Shown: positions 26,725 through 35,905 of the stretch, piece after piece
How positions within the stretch are numbered: position 1 is the first letter of the stretch
Layout: each line of letters begins with the position of its first letter
Origin: an uncultured archaeon
GTDB lineage: Archaea; Aenigmatarchaeota; Aenigmatarchaeia; Aenigmatarchaeales; Aenigmatarchaeaceae
Assembly: GCA_964608725.1 (NCBI GenBank)
Contig: CAZSPB010000001.1
Location: 171,696-235,695, forward strand
Reading direction: 5' to 3'
Length of the DNA: 64,000 nt
Program-made: the position numbers and the translations under genes
The notes under the pieces: model-generated
Told to the model about the DNA's origin: nothing
Seen by the model: only the letters and a program-made list of their open reading frames with translations
The model's database searches: none

Positions 26725-27939
26725 TTAAATGAATTTTAATACTTCTTCCATAAAATCTTTTATATTTATTAATGGCCCTTTCTTACAATCTTCTTCATCA
26801 AATTTTTCAACATCATTCTTTTTTATACCTTTTGTAAAGATTAAAAATGGCATAACTCCAGGAGAATGTTGGCCTGTTTCAGAAGAGGTAGGATGATCGG
26901 AAGCAACAACTAACAAGGTTTTTTCAAAATCGCAATACTCTAGAATCCTTCCAAAGACTTCTCTATCAACTTTCTCTATGAAAATTCTTTTTAGTTGTGG
27001 TTTTTTGTCATGTGAAAAAACATCAAAAGCTTTAATATGTAATAATACAAAATTCTTCGTGTTTAATAAATCTAACGATTTCAAAACTTTTTCTCTTAAA
27101 TCTGTTTTTGAATCTCCTGTTATTCCAGAAATATCTATTGCCTCTATCTCCATACTTCTTGCAATACCTTTCACAATAGGTGAAGCAGCAACACAAGCGC
27201 CATCAAAACCAAATTTATCTCTAAAACTTTTTACGTATCTGTAACAGCTCGCACCTCTTAACAAAAGATAATTTGCAGGCTTTTCTCTGTATCTGTTTGC
27301 AGGATGTTCCTTCAATATTTTGTAAGTTTCTTTTTCGAATTTATTTAGAGCAGCAGCAGTTTTTTCTGCAGCACTATCCTTAGTTAAAGGTTCTATCTTT
27401 TTCACTTCTTTTCCTTCAACATAAGGATCAGAATCGCTCACATTAGGAGAGATGTTAAAACTGTTCACAACAACAACCCCTCTATGGCCAAGTGATTTAT
27501 AAAACTCTATCCTTACTCCATCTAAAAAGAATTCTTTTATATCTTTAGACATTTCAAACAAACCACTAGTATCTCTCCCAGCTCTTCTATCGACCACAAC
27601 TAGTACAGGTTCGTATTCTCCTGTGTGAAATTTATCCATCATAATTTCTTTTACTGTTGCAAAGTTTGCTCTTATGTAAACACTTCCAGGAATAGGTTTT
27701 AAACCAATACCTAAAGCTTCTAAGTAACCCCTACCAGGATACTCTTCTTGAGAGTAACCTAATAAAACGTAAGTTGAAACTCCTGAATCAGGATGTTTCC
27801 CTAAATCATTTTCTATTAAACCCGCAAAACCATTTTTCGTTAATAAATCTAAATTAGGCTTATTTGCTAATTGTAAAGGTGTCTTTTCAATTTTATCTGC
27901 TATACCATCAAGAATTAAAAACAAAACTTTTTTATGCAT
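26725..27939 (-). CDS. apgM: 2,3-bisphosphoglycerate-independent phosphoglycerate mutase, archaeal type (ApgM)
   Basis: 404 aa. MHKKVLFLILDGIADK metalloenzyme N-terminus and ...VASDHPTS... C-terminal phosphatase-superfamily motif. A phosphopentomutase-like alternative is not excluded. Confidence 0.55.
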   Translation of the reverse strand: MHKKVLFLILDGIADKIEKTPLQLANKPNLDLLTKNGFAGLIENDLGKHPDSGVSTYVLLGYSQEEYPGRGYLEALGIGLKPIPGSVYIRANFATVKEIMMDKFHTGEYEPVLVVVDRRAGRDTSGLFEMSKDIKEFFLDGVRIEFYKSLGHRGVVVVNSFNISPNVSDSDPYVEGKEVKKIEPLTKDSAAEKTAAALNKFEKETYKILKEHPANRYREKPANYLLLRGASCYRYVKSFRDKFGFDGACVAASPIVKGIARSMEIEAIDISGITGDSKTDLREKVLKSLDLLNTKNFVLLHIKAFDVFSHDKKPQLKRIFIEKVDREVFGRILEYCDFEKTLLVVASDHPTSSETGQHSPGVMPFLIFTKGIKKNDVEKFDEEDCKKGPLINIKDFMEEVLKFI

Positions 27940-27965
27940 ATAACTATTTTTGTTTTTCTTATATA

Positions 27966-29510
27966 TTATCTTTCTAAAATGAAAATTTTTCTTTTTGGTA
28001 TTTCAGTTAATATTTTTTCTAAAAGCATTTTTTCTTCAAAATGTTTTCCAACGACTACTGGCTTTAATTTTTCTGCAAGTTTTATGGCTTCATTCAACTT
28101 AATATAATTTTCAGAGTATATTGTAAACAAAGTGTCACCCTTTTTAACAGGATCACCTGTTTTTACATTCAGCTTAATGCCCGCACCTTTATCTTTTGGA
28201 GCTCCAGCTTTTCTTGCAACAGCAATTACACTAGAATTTCTTATCCATAAAACTTTCCCCTCTTTTTCAGATTTTACTTTAAATAGTTTATCACCAACAG
28301 GTACATCTTCTGGGTTTATTTCAGGATTTCCTCCTTGGGCTTCTATTATTTCTCTAAACTTTTTCTCTGCTTTTCTCTTCTTTAATATCTCTAAAGCAAC
28401 TTTTTTGTCACCTTTTCCAACCATTTCAAAAAGTATTCCAGCTAAGTTAACAACCTTTGAAACTAAATCTCTTGGGCCTTTTCCTTCTAGAGTTATTAAA
28501 GCTTCTCTTGCTTCTAGAGAAGGTCCTATGCTATACCCTAAAGGTTGTTCAGCAAAAGTTATACCGCAAGCAACATGAATTCCTAATCTTTTTCCAAGTT
28601 CAATAAAATCATCTGAAAGTTCATGGGCTTCTTCTATAGTTTTCACTTTTGCTTCTTTTCCTGTAGGTATGTCTATCACTACGAAATTAGCTCCTATTGC
28701 CTTTTTCTTTGACATTATTGAGGGTAAAAGGAGAGGATCTATGCCTAGAGGGTATTCTATTTGAATGAACATATCATCTGCTGGTGCAATATCCAAAGCA
28801 CCACCCCAAACTAAGCAACCATTAGTTTTTCTAACAACTTTTTCAATTTCTTCTAAAGTTAAATCAACTGGCGCTAAAACTTCCATTCTTTCAGCAGTTC
28901 CACAAGGTGATGTTATTGCTCTAGAAGAAGTTTTTGGAATAGTTAGACCAGAAGCAGCAACTATAGGAACTAAAACTAAAGATGTTTTATCTCCAGCTAA
29001 GCCGCCTATAGAATGTTTGTCTACTATAAGTTTGCTTGAAAATTTAAACCTTTTTCCTGTTTCTACCATAGCTCTTGACAAACTTGCCGCTTCATCTATA
29101 GAAATTCCATTAGTGTAAAGTGCTGTCACAAATGCTGAAAGTTCTACATCAGAGATTTTCTTTGCTACAACATCTTTAACTATTTTCTTTATTTTTGGAT
29201 ATTCCAGTCTTGCACCAAATATTTTTTGTTTTATATAACTTACAGATTCTAAACTTATTTCAGGAGTAACTTCAACTACTTCTCCACCTTTTAAATCAAA
29301 GAAAGATGTTACATCATCATTTGTTATGATTTCGCCTTTCATTGCAAATTTCGTTGTGATATCCACTATGGCTGTTAACTCTTCATTTCTAAACTTTAGC
29401 CTTACTCTATCTAAAGCATGCAAACCTAAATATTCTGCATCTTCTTTATTCATTATAACAATAAATTTCCCTCCAACTTCAAGGTTTATTGGTCTTACTC
29501 TCAATTTCAT
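27966..29510 (-). CDS. deoA: AMP phosphorylase (thymidine-phosphorylase family, DeoA-like)
   Basis: 514 aa. About 80-aa N-terminal extension plus TP-family core (SIGGLAGDKTSLVLVPIVAASG, ITSPCGTAERMEVL, glycosyl-transferase family 3 fold). In a cluster with RuBisCO and R15P isomerase. Confidence 0.8.
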   Translation of the reverse strand: MKLRVRPINLEVGGKFIVIMNKEDAEYLGLHALDRVRLKFRNEELTAIVDITTKFAMKGEIITNDDVTSFFDLKGGEVVEVTPEISLESVSYIKQKIFGARLEYPKIKKIVKDVVAKKISDVELSAFVTALYTNGISIDEAASLSRAMVETGKRFKFSSKLIVDKHSIGGLAGDKTSLVLVPIVAASGLTIPKTSSRAITSPCGTAERMEVLAPVDLTLEEIEKVVRKTNGCLVWGGALDIAPADDMFIQIEYPLGIDPLLLPSIMSKKKAIGANFVVIDIPTGKEAKVKTIEEAHELSDDFIELGKRLGIHVACGITFAEQPLGYSIGPSLEAREALITLEGKGPRDLVSKVVNLAGILFEMVGKGDKKVALEILKKRKAEKKFREIIEAQGGNPEINPEDVPVGDKLFKVKSEKEGKVLWIRNSSVIAVARKAGAPKDKGAGIKLNVKTGDPVKKGDTLFTIYSENYIKLNEAIKLAEKLKPVVVGKHFEEKMLLEKILTEIPKRKIFILER

Positions 29511-29704
29511 TTTTTCATAACCTCAATAAATTTCTCTATTGATCTATCATAAGTTTTTTCTATTTCAGGAGGGAAAAAACAAGCTGGAAGTTCATTCCTT
29601 TTCAAATGATGTTTTATACATTCACAACAAATTCCTTTTATTTCACAAGGATAAGTGCAAGGACAGTTCGCTTTGTTTTCTTCCTTATTTAAACATTTTT
29701 TCAT
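29507..29704 (-). CDS. Small Cys-rich protein (65 aa, 8 Cys)
   Basis: NCPCTYPCEIKGICCECIKHHLKRNELPACFF is a dense Cys/His cluster suggestive of metal or Fe-S binding. Overlaps deoA start by 4 nt. Confidence 0.4.
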   Translation of the reverse strand: MKKCLNKEENKANCPCTYPCEIKGICCECIKHHLKRNELPACFFPPEIEKTYDRSIEKFIEVMKK

Positions 29705-29714
29705 TTTTCTCCCT

Positions 29715-30167
29715 TTAAACCAGGGGGCAAGTTTGATTTCCTGTTATTTGATTACAAGCTTTTTTCAAATTTTCACAATCCAATCCTGAATTGTGATACT
29801 GATTTTGCAAATTACATAAATTCTTAATGTACCACTCTATTTGTGGCAAGCTTACATCAGCACTAGTGTTGCAATTATATTTCCCCCAATAAACACAATT
29901 TTCTATCATCACATCTTTCAAAGAAGCACATTTATATCCAGGTCTCGCTACTTCACATTCTCCTTTTGGTAAATAAGTTGGAATGCTAACTAGAATTACA
30001 AAAATTATTAAAACTACTATTGAAATTTTGTCTTTTCTTGTTAACTTTGGAATTTTTATTTTTTCGAAGAGTTTTTTCTTTTGTTTTTCTCCTTCTAAAG
30101 TTTTTTCTTCAAATTCCCTTTTTTCTTCTTCAGACTTAGTTTCGTCTTTCTTTTCTTCTTCACTCAT
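29715..30167 (-). CDS. Membrane-anchored protein with acidic N-terminus and extracellular 10-Cys domain
   Basis: EEEKK-rich N-terminus, one TM helix (ISIVVLIIFVILVSIPTYL), then a Cys-rich domain (CEVARPGYKCASLKDVMIENCVYWGKYNC...CNLQ...CENLKKACNQITGNQTC). Confidence 0.4.
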   Translation of the reverse strand: MSEEEKKDETKSEEEKREFEEKTLEGEKQKKKLFEKIKIPKLTRKDKISIVVLIIFVILVSIPTYLPKGECEVARPGYKCASLKDVMIENCVYWGKYNCNTSADVSLPQIEWYIKNLCNLQNQYHNSGLDCENLKKACNQITGNQTCPLV

Positions 30168-30171
30168 AAAC

Positions 30172-31401
30172 TCACTTTATAATCCCAAACCTTTTAATCG
30201 TATCTCTTAACTCTTTATGAGTTTTTGCGTATTCTTTCAAAGAAATTCCTTTAGTAACAGCTTCAATTGCTTGTCTTATGCCTCTTGCTCCATATTTTGT
30301 TCCTTTTGGATGCCAATGACATCCACCACCAAATTGTGCAATGAAATCGTTACCAAAAATCTCAATCAACTTTGGTAACATGCCAGCATGTAGACCCCCA
30401 GAAGCAACTGGCATAACTCTTTTTAAGCCGTATAACTTATTTTTTAAAGCATCACAATTTTTCAAAACTTCTTTTTTACTTTCAAACATTTTTCCTATAG
30501 CAGTACCTACATGTAATTGGTCCAAACCAATAATTCTTGTTATTTGAGCTATTACTCTCATTGTTATTCCATGTTTAGGATTTTTTGTAAGTATAGCATG
30601 GCCCGCTCTATGAGCATGCAAAACTAACTTCAAATCATCATTAGCATTTCTCAAATTTTGTAAAGCAGACCAACCTAGTGTTATTATATCAACCATTACA
30701 TATCTTCCTCCAGCTTCTTTAACGTAATAAGCCCTTTCAAGCATCTTATCAATTTCAGCTGTTATGTTAGGCATATAAACTTTAACTTCTCCTGTTTCTT
30801 TTTCGGCTTTATCTCTCATTTTCAAAGTTTCCAAAACCCTTTTTTCAAACTTGTTGAATTTTAATGAGCTTAAATTTTCATCATCTTTAACGATATCAAT
30901 TCCACCAACCCAAGCTTCGTAAGCAACTTTAGCATGTTCTTTTTCATTCAACCCAAGCTTCGGTTTAATTATCGTTCCGCATAAAGGCCTATCCCAAACT
31001 TTTAATATCTTTCTTATTCCCTTTATACCAAATAGTGGTCCTTTAAATGATTTTACTATTTTTTTAGGCCATTGAACATCTTCTAGCCTTAAATTCTTTA
31101 CAGATTTCATTCCAAAGATATTACCAGCAATACTAGAAAGAATTTGAGACATGTTACCAGGCTCGAATAGATTAGAAGGATAAGCAATTTTCACATAGTT
31201 CTTTTTTATTTCAAAAACTTTTGCACCCAATTTTCTTATTCTAGGTTTCATTGTCTTTACTTCTGTCCAAGTTCCTATACTTGATTCGGCTGCTACATGT
31301 TCAGCTGCTTTCTTAATAGAAATTCCTTTTGCAGGTTCTATTCTGAATAAACAAACTAAATCATCTTTTTTTGGTATGTACCTTAAATTTATATAACTCA
31401 T
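30172..31401 (-). CDS. rbcL: Ribulose-1,5-bisphosphate carboxylase/oxygenase large subunit, form III-like
   Basis: 409 aa. Catalytic motifs intact: IIKPKLGL (K175/K177), GGIDIVKDDE (carbamylated Lys/Asp/Glu), LHAHRAGHA, MPVASGGLH (loop 6) and FGGGCHWHP (P-binding). Confidence 0.85.
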   Translation of the reverse strand: MSYINLRYIPKKDDLVCLFRIEPAKGISIKKAAEHVAAESSIGTWTEVKTMKPRIRKLGAKVFEIKKNYVKIAYPSNLFEPGNMSQILSSIAGNIFGMKSVKNLRLEDVQWPKKIVKSFKGPLFGIKGIRKILKVWDRPLCGTIIKPKLGLNEKEHAKVAYEAWVGGIDIVKDDENLSSLKFNKFEKRVLETLKMRDKAEKETGEVKVYMPNITAEIDKMLERAYYVKEAGGRYVMVDIITLGWSALQNLRNANDDLKLVLHAHRAGHAILTKNPKHGITMRVIAQITRIIGLDQLHVGTAIGKMFESKKEVLKNCDALKNKLYGLKRVMPVASGGLHAGMLPKLIEIFGNDFIAQFGGGCHWHPKGTKYGARGIRQAIEAVTKGISLKEYAKTHKELRDTIKRFGIIK

Positions 31402-31763
31402 TTCTTCTTCACCTTTTTATAAATCCAAACAATAATGCAAGAGAGTAGATAAGGGATTACTATCACTATTAAAGAAAATGGCAGTAAAAATGAAAAATGA
31501 CACTTACAACTTATCCACCATATCTCGTCTGATAACCCACACTCTTGATAACTTAAGATATCTTCTCTCATAATACTCGAAAGAATACCCATATATATAG
31601 GGACTAATTTCGTTCCTGGATATAATCCAAGCGCTGGAAGAGATTCAACCCCATGTATTTCTATCTCACAAGGATAAACAGGAATCAAGAGTATTAAAAT
31701 TGAAATAAATACAAATATCACAATCTTTCTCGGTTCTAACTCTAGAAATTGTTTTATACTCAT
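31398..31763 (-). CDS. Small membrane protein
   Basis: 121 aa, 3 predicted TM helices. 4-nt overlap with rbcL. Confidence 0.3.
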   Translation of the reverse strand: MSIKQFLELEPRKIVIFVFISILILLIPVYPCEIEIHGVESLPALGLYPGTKLVPIYMGILSSIMREDILSYQECGLSDEIWWISCKCHFSFLLPFSLIVIVIPYLLSCIIVWIYKKVKKK

Positions 31764-32240
31764 TTAATCAACTGTTGTTGTGAAGTTATCATCAAAAGTG
31801 TGAAACACTCTTTTCTCTTTTATTTTTAATTTATGATTTAAAATTTCACCTATAAAAATTGTATGATCTCCAGCATCAATTTCTTTCACAACTTTACACT
31901 CTAAAAAAGCAATTGCATCTTTTAACCTAGGGCAATCTATCTTTTCTGATTCTTCTTTTTCTAGTTTAGCCTCTTTAAATTTATCCATATTCCTTCCAGA
32001 ATTCCTTCCACAAAATAAAACTTTTTCTTTTAATTCAAAAGGCATAAAATTAACAACAAAAACTTTAGATTTTTTTATGAGATTGTGAGAAAATCTAGTT
32101 TTTCCAACTGCTATTGCATACAGAGGCGGGAAAAATGAAACTGGCATATGCCAGTCTAAAGTTATTATATTATCTTTTTCTTTATATCTCGTTGTTACCA
32201 ATATAGTTTGTCTTGGATTAAATATATTCAACATAAGCAC
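31764..32240 (-). CDS. Flavin reductase-like FMN-binding domain protein
   Basis: 158 aa. TILVTTRYKEKDNIITLDWHMPVSFFPPLYAIAVGK...HTIFIGEIL matches the flavin-reductase-like (PF01613) split-barrel pattern. Confidence 0.5.
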   Translation of the reverse strand: MLMLNIFNPRQTILVTTRYKEKDNIITLDWHMPVSFFPPLYAIAVGKTRFSHNLIKKSKVFVVNFMPFELKEKVLFCGRNSGRNMDKFKEAKLEKEESEKIDCPRLKDAIAFLECKVVKEIDAGDHTIFIGEILNHKLKIKEKRVFHTFDDNFTTTVD

Positions 32241-33084
32241 CTTTTAACATTTTTAATATATTACCAGGAGTTAATATTCCTTTTTCTGTTATAACTCTTT
32301 TCACATACTTCCAAGGTGTTATATCAAATGCAGGATTTTTAATTTCTAAAGTTTTAAGATGCTCTACATAAATTTCATACGGGCTTCTCTCTTCTATAAT
32401 AACTTTCTTTCTTCTATCTAACTTTAAGGTATTGCCAACAACGTAAAATGGTCTTTTGTATTCTTTTGCAACTATGGCCATAGAGCAAGTCCCTATTTTA
32501 TTCACAACACCTTCTTTTCTTAAAGCATCAGATCCTACTATTACCATGTCAATATCTTTAATAAAAAATTCTACAGCAGAATCCACTATTAAAATAACAT
32601 GAATACCCATTCTGCTTAATTCTTTTGCAGTTTTTATTCCTTGCTCTTTAGGTCTTGTTTCCGTTGCATAAACAGTAATTTTCTTCCCATTTTTCCAAGC
32701 TCGTTTTATAACTGCTAGTGCTTCACCAGAATGGCAGTGTGTCATTATTTTGCTTCCATTCTTTATTATCCTCTCACCTTTTTTTGCAATTTCTTTATCA
32801 ACATTAGATAACCACTTTATTAGTTTATTCAGCCTTTCTATACTTTCATCTTTCTTCAAAATTTCCAAACAATTATGAAGAACAACAGCAGTTGGTCTTG
32901 TTTTTTCAATTTTCCTAGCAACACTTTCAAACTTTTTTCCAAAACCATTTTCCTTCGCAAAATTTCTCAAAAATTTTAAACTTTCTATTGCTATTTCTTT
33001 TGCTCCTTGAATTTCAAGGCTTTTTATTCTCTTTATGAAACTATCTAGGCTTTCATGCATAGATTGATTATATAAAAAGTACAA
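32218..33084 (-). CDS. Ribose-1,5-bisphosphate isomerase (eIF-2B alpha/beta/delta-like, e2b2 family)
   Basis: 288 aa of the eIF2B-like/MtnA fold (IMTHCHSGEALAVIKRA..., VIVGSDALRKEGVVNKIGTCSMAI). Located with AMP phosphorylase and RuBisCO as in Thermococcus. Confidence 0.65.
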   Translation of the reverse strand: MYFLYNQSMHESLDSFIKRIKSLEIQGAKEIAIESLKFLRNFAKENGFGKKFESVARKIEKTRPTAVVLHNCLEILKKDESIERLNKLIKWLSNVDKEIAKKGERIIKNGSKIMTHCHSGEALAVIKRAWKNGKKITVYATETRPKEQGIKTAKELSRMGIHVILIVDSAVEFFIKDIDMVIVGSDALRKEGVVNKIGTCSMAIVAKEYKRPFYVVGNTLKLDRRKKVIIEERSPYEIYVEHLKTLEIKNPAFDITPWKYVKRVITEKGILTPGNILKMLKGAYVEYI

Positions 33085-33093
33085 AATAAATTT

Positions 33094-33747
33094 ATGGATT
33101 TTAACAAAGAAAATGAAAGGTTAATAAATTACATAAAAAGTTACGGTTATCTTAAGTCAAGAAAATTAGAAAAGGCCTTAAAAGAAATTCCAAGACACTT
33201 ATTCGTTCCTGAAGATGTCAAAGAACTTTCTTATAGGGATGTTCCTCTTTCTATAGGATTTGGTCAAACTATTTCTCAGCCTTCTACTGTTGTCATAATG
33301 ACAGAGGCTTTAGAGGTGAAAGAAGGGAATAAAATACTTGAAGTTGGAACAGGTTCTGGTTGGCAAGCTGCAATTTTAGGAAAACTTGTTGGTGAAAAAG
33401 GTTTAGTTTATACTATTGAAGTTAATCCACAACTAGTTGAATTTGCAAAAGAAAACTTACGAAAAGTTGGGTTAAAGAACGTTAAGGTTTTTGAAGGTGA
33501 TGGTTCACTAGGGTTAAAAGAATATGCTCCTTTTGATAGAATAATTGTTACAGCAGCTGCTCCAGATTTTCCCAAACCACTAATCCAACAGTTAAAAGTT
33601 AATGGTATAATGGTAATACCAGTTGGAAACATTTACTTACAAGAAATGTATGTAGTAAAAAAATTAAAAAGTAAGTTAGAAAAGAAATCGATTGGGCCAT
33701 TTATGTTTGTTCCTTTAGTAGGAAAGTATGGTTTCAAAATTAAATAA
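33094..33747 (+). CDS. pcm: Protein-L-isoaspartate O-methyltransferase
   Basis: 217 aa. PRHLFVPE, SIGFGQTISQPSTVVIMTEAL, EVGTGSGWQAAIL are PIMT hallmarks. Confidence 0.85.
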   Translation: MDFNKENERLINYIKSYGYLKSRKLEKALKEIPRHLFVPEDVKELSYRDVPLSIGFGQTISQPSTVVIMTEALEVKEGNKILEVGTGSGWQAAILGKLVGEKGLVYTIEVNPQLVEFAKENLRKVGLKNVKVFEGDGSLGLKEYAPFDRIIVTAAAPDFPKPLIQQLKVNGIMVIPVGNIYLQEMYVVKKLKSKLEKKSIGPFMFVPLVGKYGFKIK

Positions 33748-34875
33748 CTATTTTTTAAGGATGATAACACTTTCCCTAACTTTACCAACTTTTATTGTCC
33801 TTGCTCTAGTACACCAAGATTCTCTTGCTATTAGTATACTTCTCACTTTAAAACCTATCTTTTTTGCTAATCCAGCAGTTATTTCATCAGTTTTTATCAC
33901 TCTGTCTGGAAAGCATCCTCCTCCAATGACTATTGCTAAATTTGCACCTTCTTTACAAACTCTATACATTTCTTTTAAAGCTAAGTTAATATCTCTAAAG
34001 TATGCTTTTGCAATGGGAGGTAAATTCTGATTTAAGCCCAATTCGCTAACATTTATGTCTTTAACTTTAGCTCCTATATAAGATCTCAACTTTGTTTCTG
34101 GAAAACCTAAAAAATACATTTCTATACCATAAATTTTTGTGTACTCTATTTTGTTCAAGTAAGGTGGTGATGTTATTACAGCATCTATAACTTTATTTTT
34201 TAATTTTAGATTTCTAGCATCACCAATTTCTACTCTCGTTTCAACAGGTTTAATTTTCGTATTTTTCAAATCTTTTAACATTTTTTTCAATTTATACTTG
34301 AAGAATTTTTTTAAAGGTGGTCTTCCTCTCTTTTGAATTTTAACTACAGCCCCATCTTTAATAACCCAACTTACTGACATTGCACTATCTATTAATGCTA
34401 ATAACAAAAAGTTTTTTACTTTTTCATCTTTTATTTCTAATATTTTATTTTTATAGAAAATAACATCTTCTAAAGTATATCTTGGAAACGCTTTTCTTAC
34501 AAACTTTTCTCTTGGCAATTTTTTTGGTTTTTCTCGTTTTAATTTTAAAATTTGTGAAATTGCTTTTTCTAAACTTCCTAAATCATAATCTGTAGTTTTA
34601 ACTTTAGAAACAAAAACAAAAAATGGAGAAACATCAAAACCTATTGATTTAATCCCTTTTTGTTTACAAGCTAACAAAGTAGTTCCACAACCGCAGAAGG
34701 GATCTAATACTAAAGAATTCTTGTTTAACTTAAATTTATCAATAAAAATTTCAACTAATTTTTTAGAAAATCCTTCTTTAAAATAGTACCAATTATGAAT
34801 TGGTTCTTTTTTATTTGGGATGAATGTTACTAATTTTTTAAGTTCAGGAGCTCTAGAAATTTTCATTTCAGCCAA
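33748..34875 (-). CDS. DNA methyltransferase (N4-cytosine or N6-adenine, alpha-class order), apparently orphan
   Basis: Motif I LVLDPFCGCGTT near the N-terminus and motif IV VITSPPY about 180 aa downstream. No restriction-endonuclease-like neighbour. Confidence 0.7.
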   Translation of the reverse strand: MAEMKISRAPELKKLVTFIPNKKEPIHNWYYFKEGFSKKLVEIFIDKFKLNKNSLVLDPFCGCGTTLLACKQKGIKSIGFDVSPFFVFVSKVKTTDYDLGSLEKAISQILKLKREKPKKLPREKFVRKAFPRYTLEDVIFYKNKILEIKDEKVKNFLLLALIDSAMSVSWVIKDGAVVKIQKRGRPPLKKFFKYKLKKMLKDLKNTKIKPVETRVEIGDARNLKLKNKVIDAVITSPPYLNKIEYTKIYGIEMYFLGFPETKLRSYIGAKVKDINVSELGLNQNLPPIAKAYFRDINLALKEMYRVCKEGANLAIVIGGGCFPDRVIKTDEITAGLAKKIGFKVRSILIARESWCTRARTIKVGKVRESVIILKK

Positions 34876-35876
34876 CTTCCTAATGAAGTTTGCTTTGCTT
34901 GAGTTAATGTTTTAATTACTTTTTCTATTCTCTCTTTAGAAAAATCATGTTCTTCAACCATAAATTCTATTATTTTTTCAGGCTGTAATTGTCTAAATTC
35001 TATTTTAACATTTTTATTGATAGGAGGATCTAAGTAAAATTTATAAATTTCTTCAGGTGGTGTTTCACAATTCCACTCTATTTTTTTCAAAACATTTTTC
35101 AAACTTTTTTCTCTTTTAACTAACTCTAGGGCCCTTTTTGGCCCATAACCTCTTATTCCAGGATTATAGTCTGTACCGACGAGTAAACCGATAATTATGA
35201 GCTGTTCTCTAGTAATGTTAAGCTTTTCCAAAACTTCTTTTAATTCTATTAATTCAGGTTTTACTTCAATATAGACTTCTTGTCTAGGCAGTTTTCTTCT
35301 TCCTGTAATAGAAAGATTTCTTACTAGTCTTGGGGAATCAAACAAAAGACTATCACTATCTTGACTTGAAACAGCATAAACAAAACCTTTCTTACAAAGG
35401 TAAGCACATTGGGCTTCACCTTCTGAAGGTGCTTGAATTACCGGAATTCCCATATAAGATAAAAGTTTTTTAGATTGCTCAACTATTTCTTCTGTTATTA
35501 TAGAAGTCGCTTGTGCAGCTTTTTTTGCTTCTTTTAAATCACCAACTTTCAAAGCTTCTACCCATTTTTTCAAAGCTTCTTTTTTCAAAGCTTCTCTCTC
35601 TTTTATAGTTTTTATTTTGAATTCAGGTTTCTCTCCATCAAAAACCCAAACAAGTTTTATATTATTTTGGATTAGTTTTGCAGATCTGTAAAAAATACCA
35701 CTTAAATGGCTTGTAATCCTTCCTTTTGAATCTTTGAGGGGAGTACCATCAGGTTGCCTTATAATACTCATGAATTGATGTAACCATAAGAAAGCATCAA
35801 CAGCTACAATTTTCCCAGCTAAATCTTTTATTTCAATCTCTTTTTTTGGTAATATGTTTGAAATTTGAACTCCCAT
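34863..35876 (-). CDS. fen: Flap endonuclease 1 (FEN-1)
   Basis: MGVQISNILPKKEIEIKDLAGKIVAVDAFLWLHQF. XPG N and I domains, an H3TH motif, and a C-terminal PIP-like tail. Confidence 0.85.
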   Translation of the reverse strand: MGVQISNILPKKEIEIKDLAGKIVAVDAFLWLHQFMSIIRQPDGTPLKDSKGRITSHLSGIFYRSAKLIQNNIKLVWVFDGEKPEFKIKTIKEREALKKEALKKWVEALKVGDLKEAKKAAQATSIITEEIVEQSKKLLSYMGIPVIQAPSEGEAQCAYLCKKGFVYAVSSQDSDSLLFDSPRLVRNLSITGRRKLPRQEVYIEVKPELIELKEVLEKLNITREQLIIIGLLVGTDYNPGIRGYGPKRALELVKREKSLKNVLKKIEWNCETPPEEIYKFYLDPPINKNVKIEFRQLQPEKIIEFMVEEHDFSKERIEKVIKTLTQAKQTSLGSWLK

Positions 35877-35905
35877 AGTTTAAAGTTTGTTTAGAGAAAT
35901 ATAAA

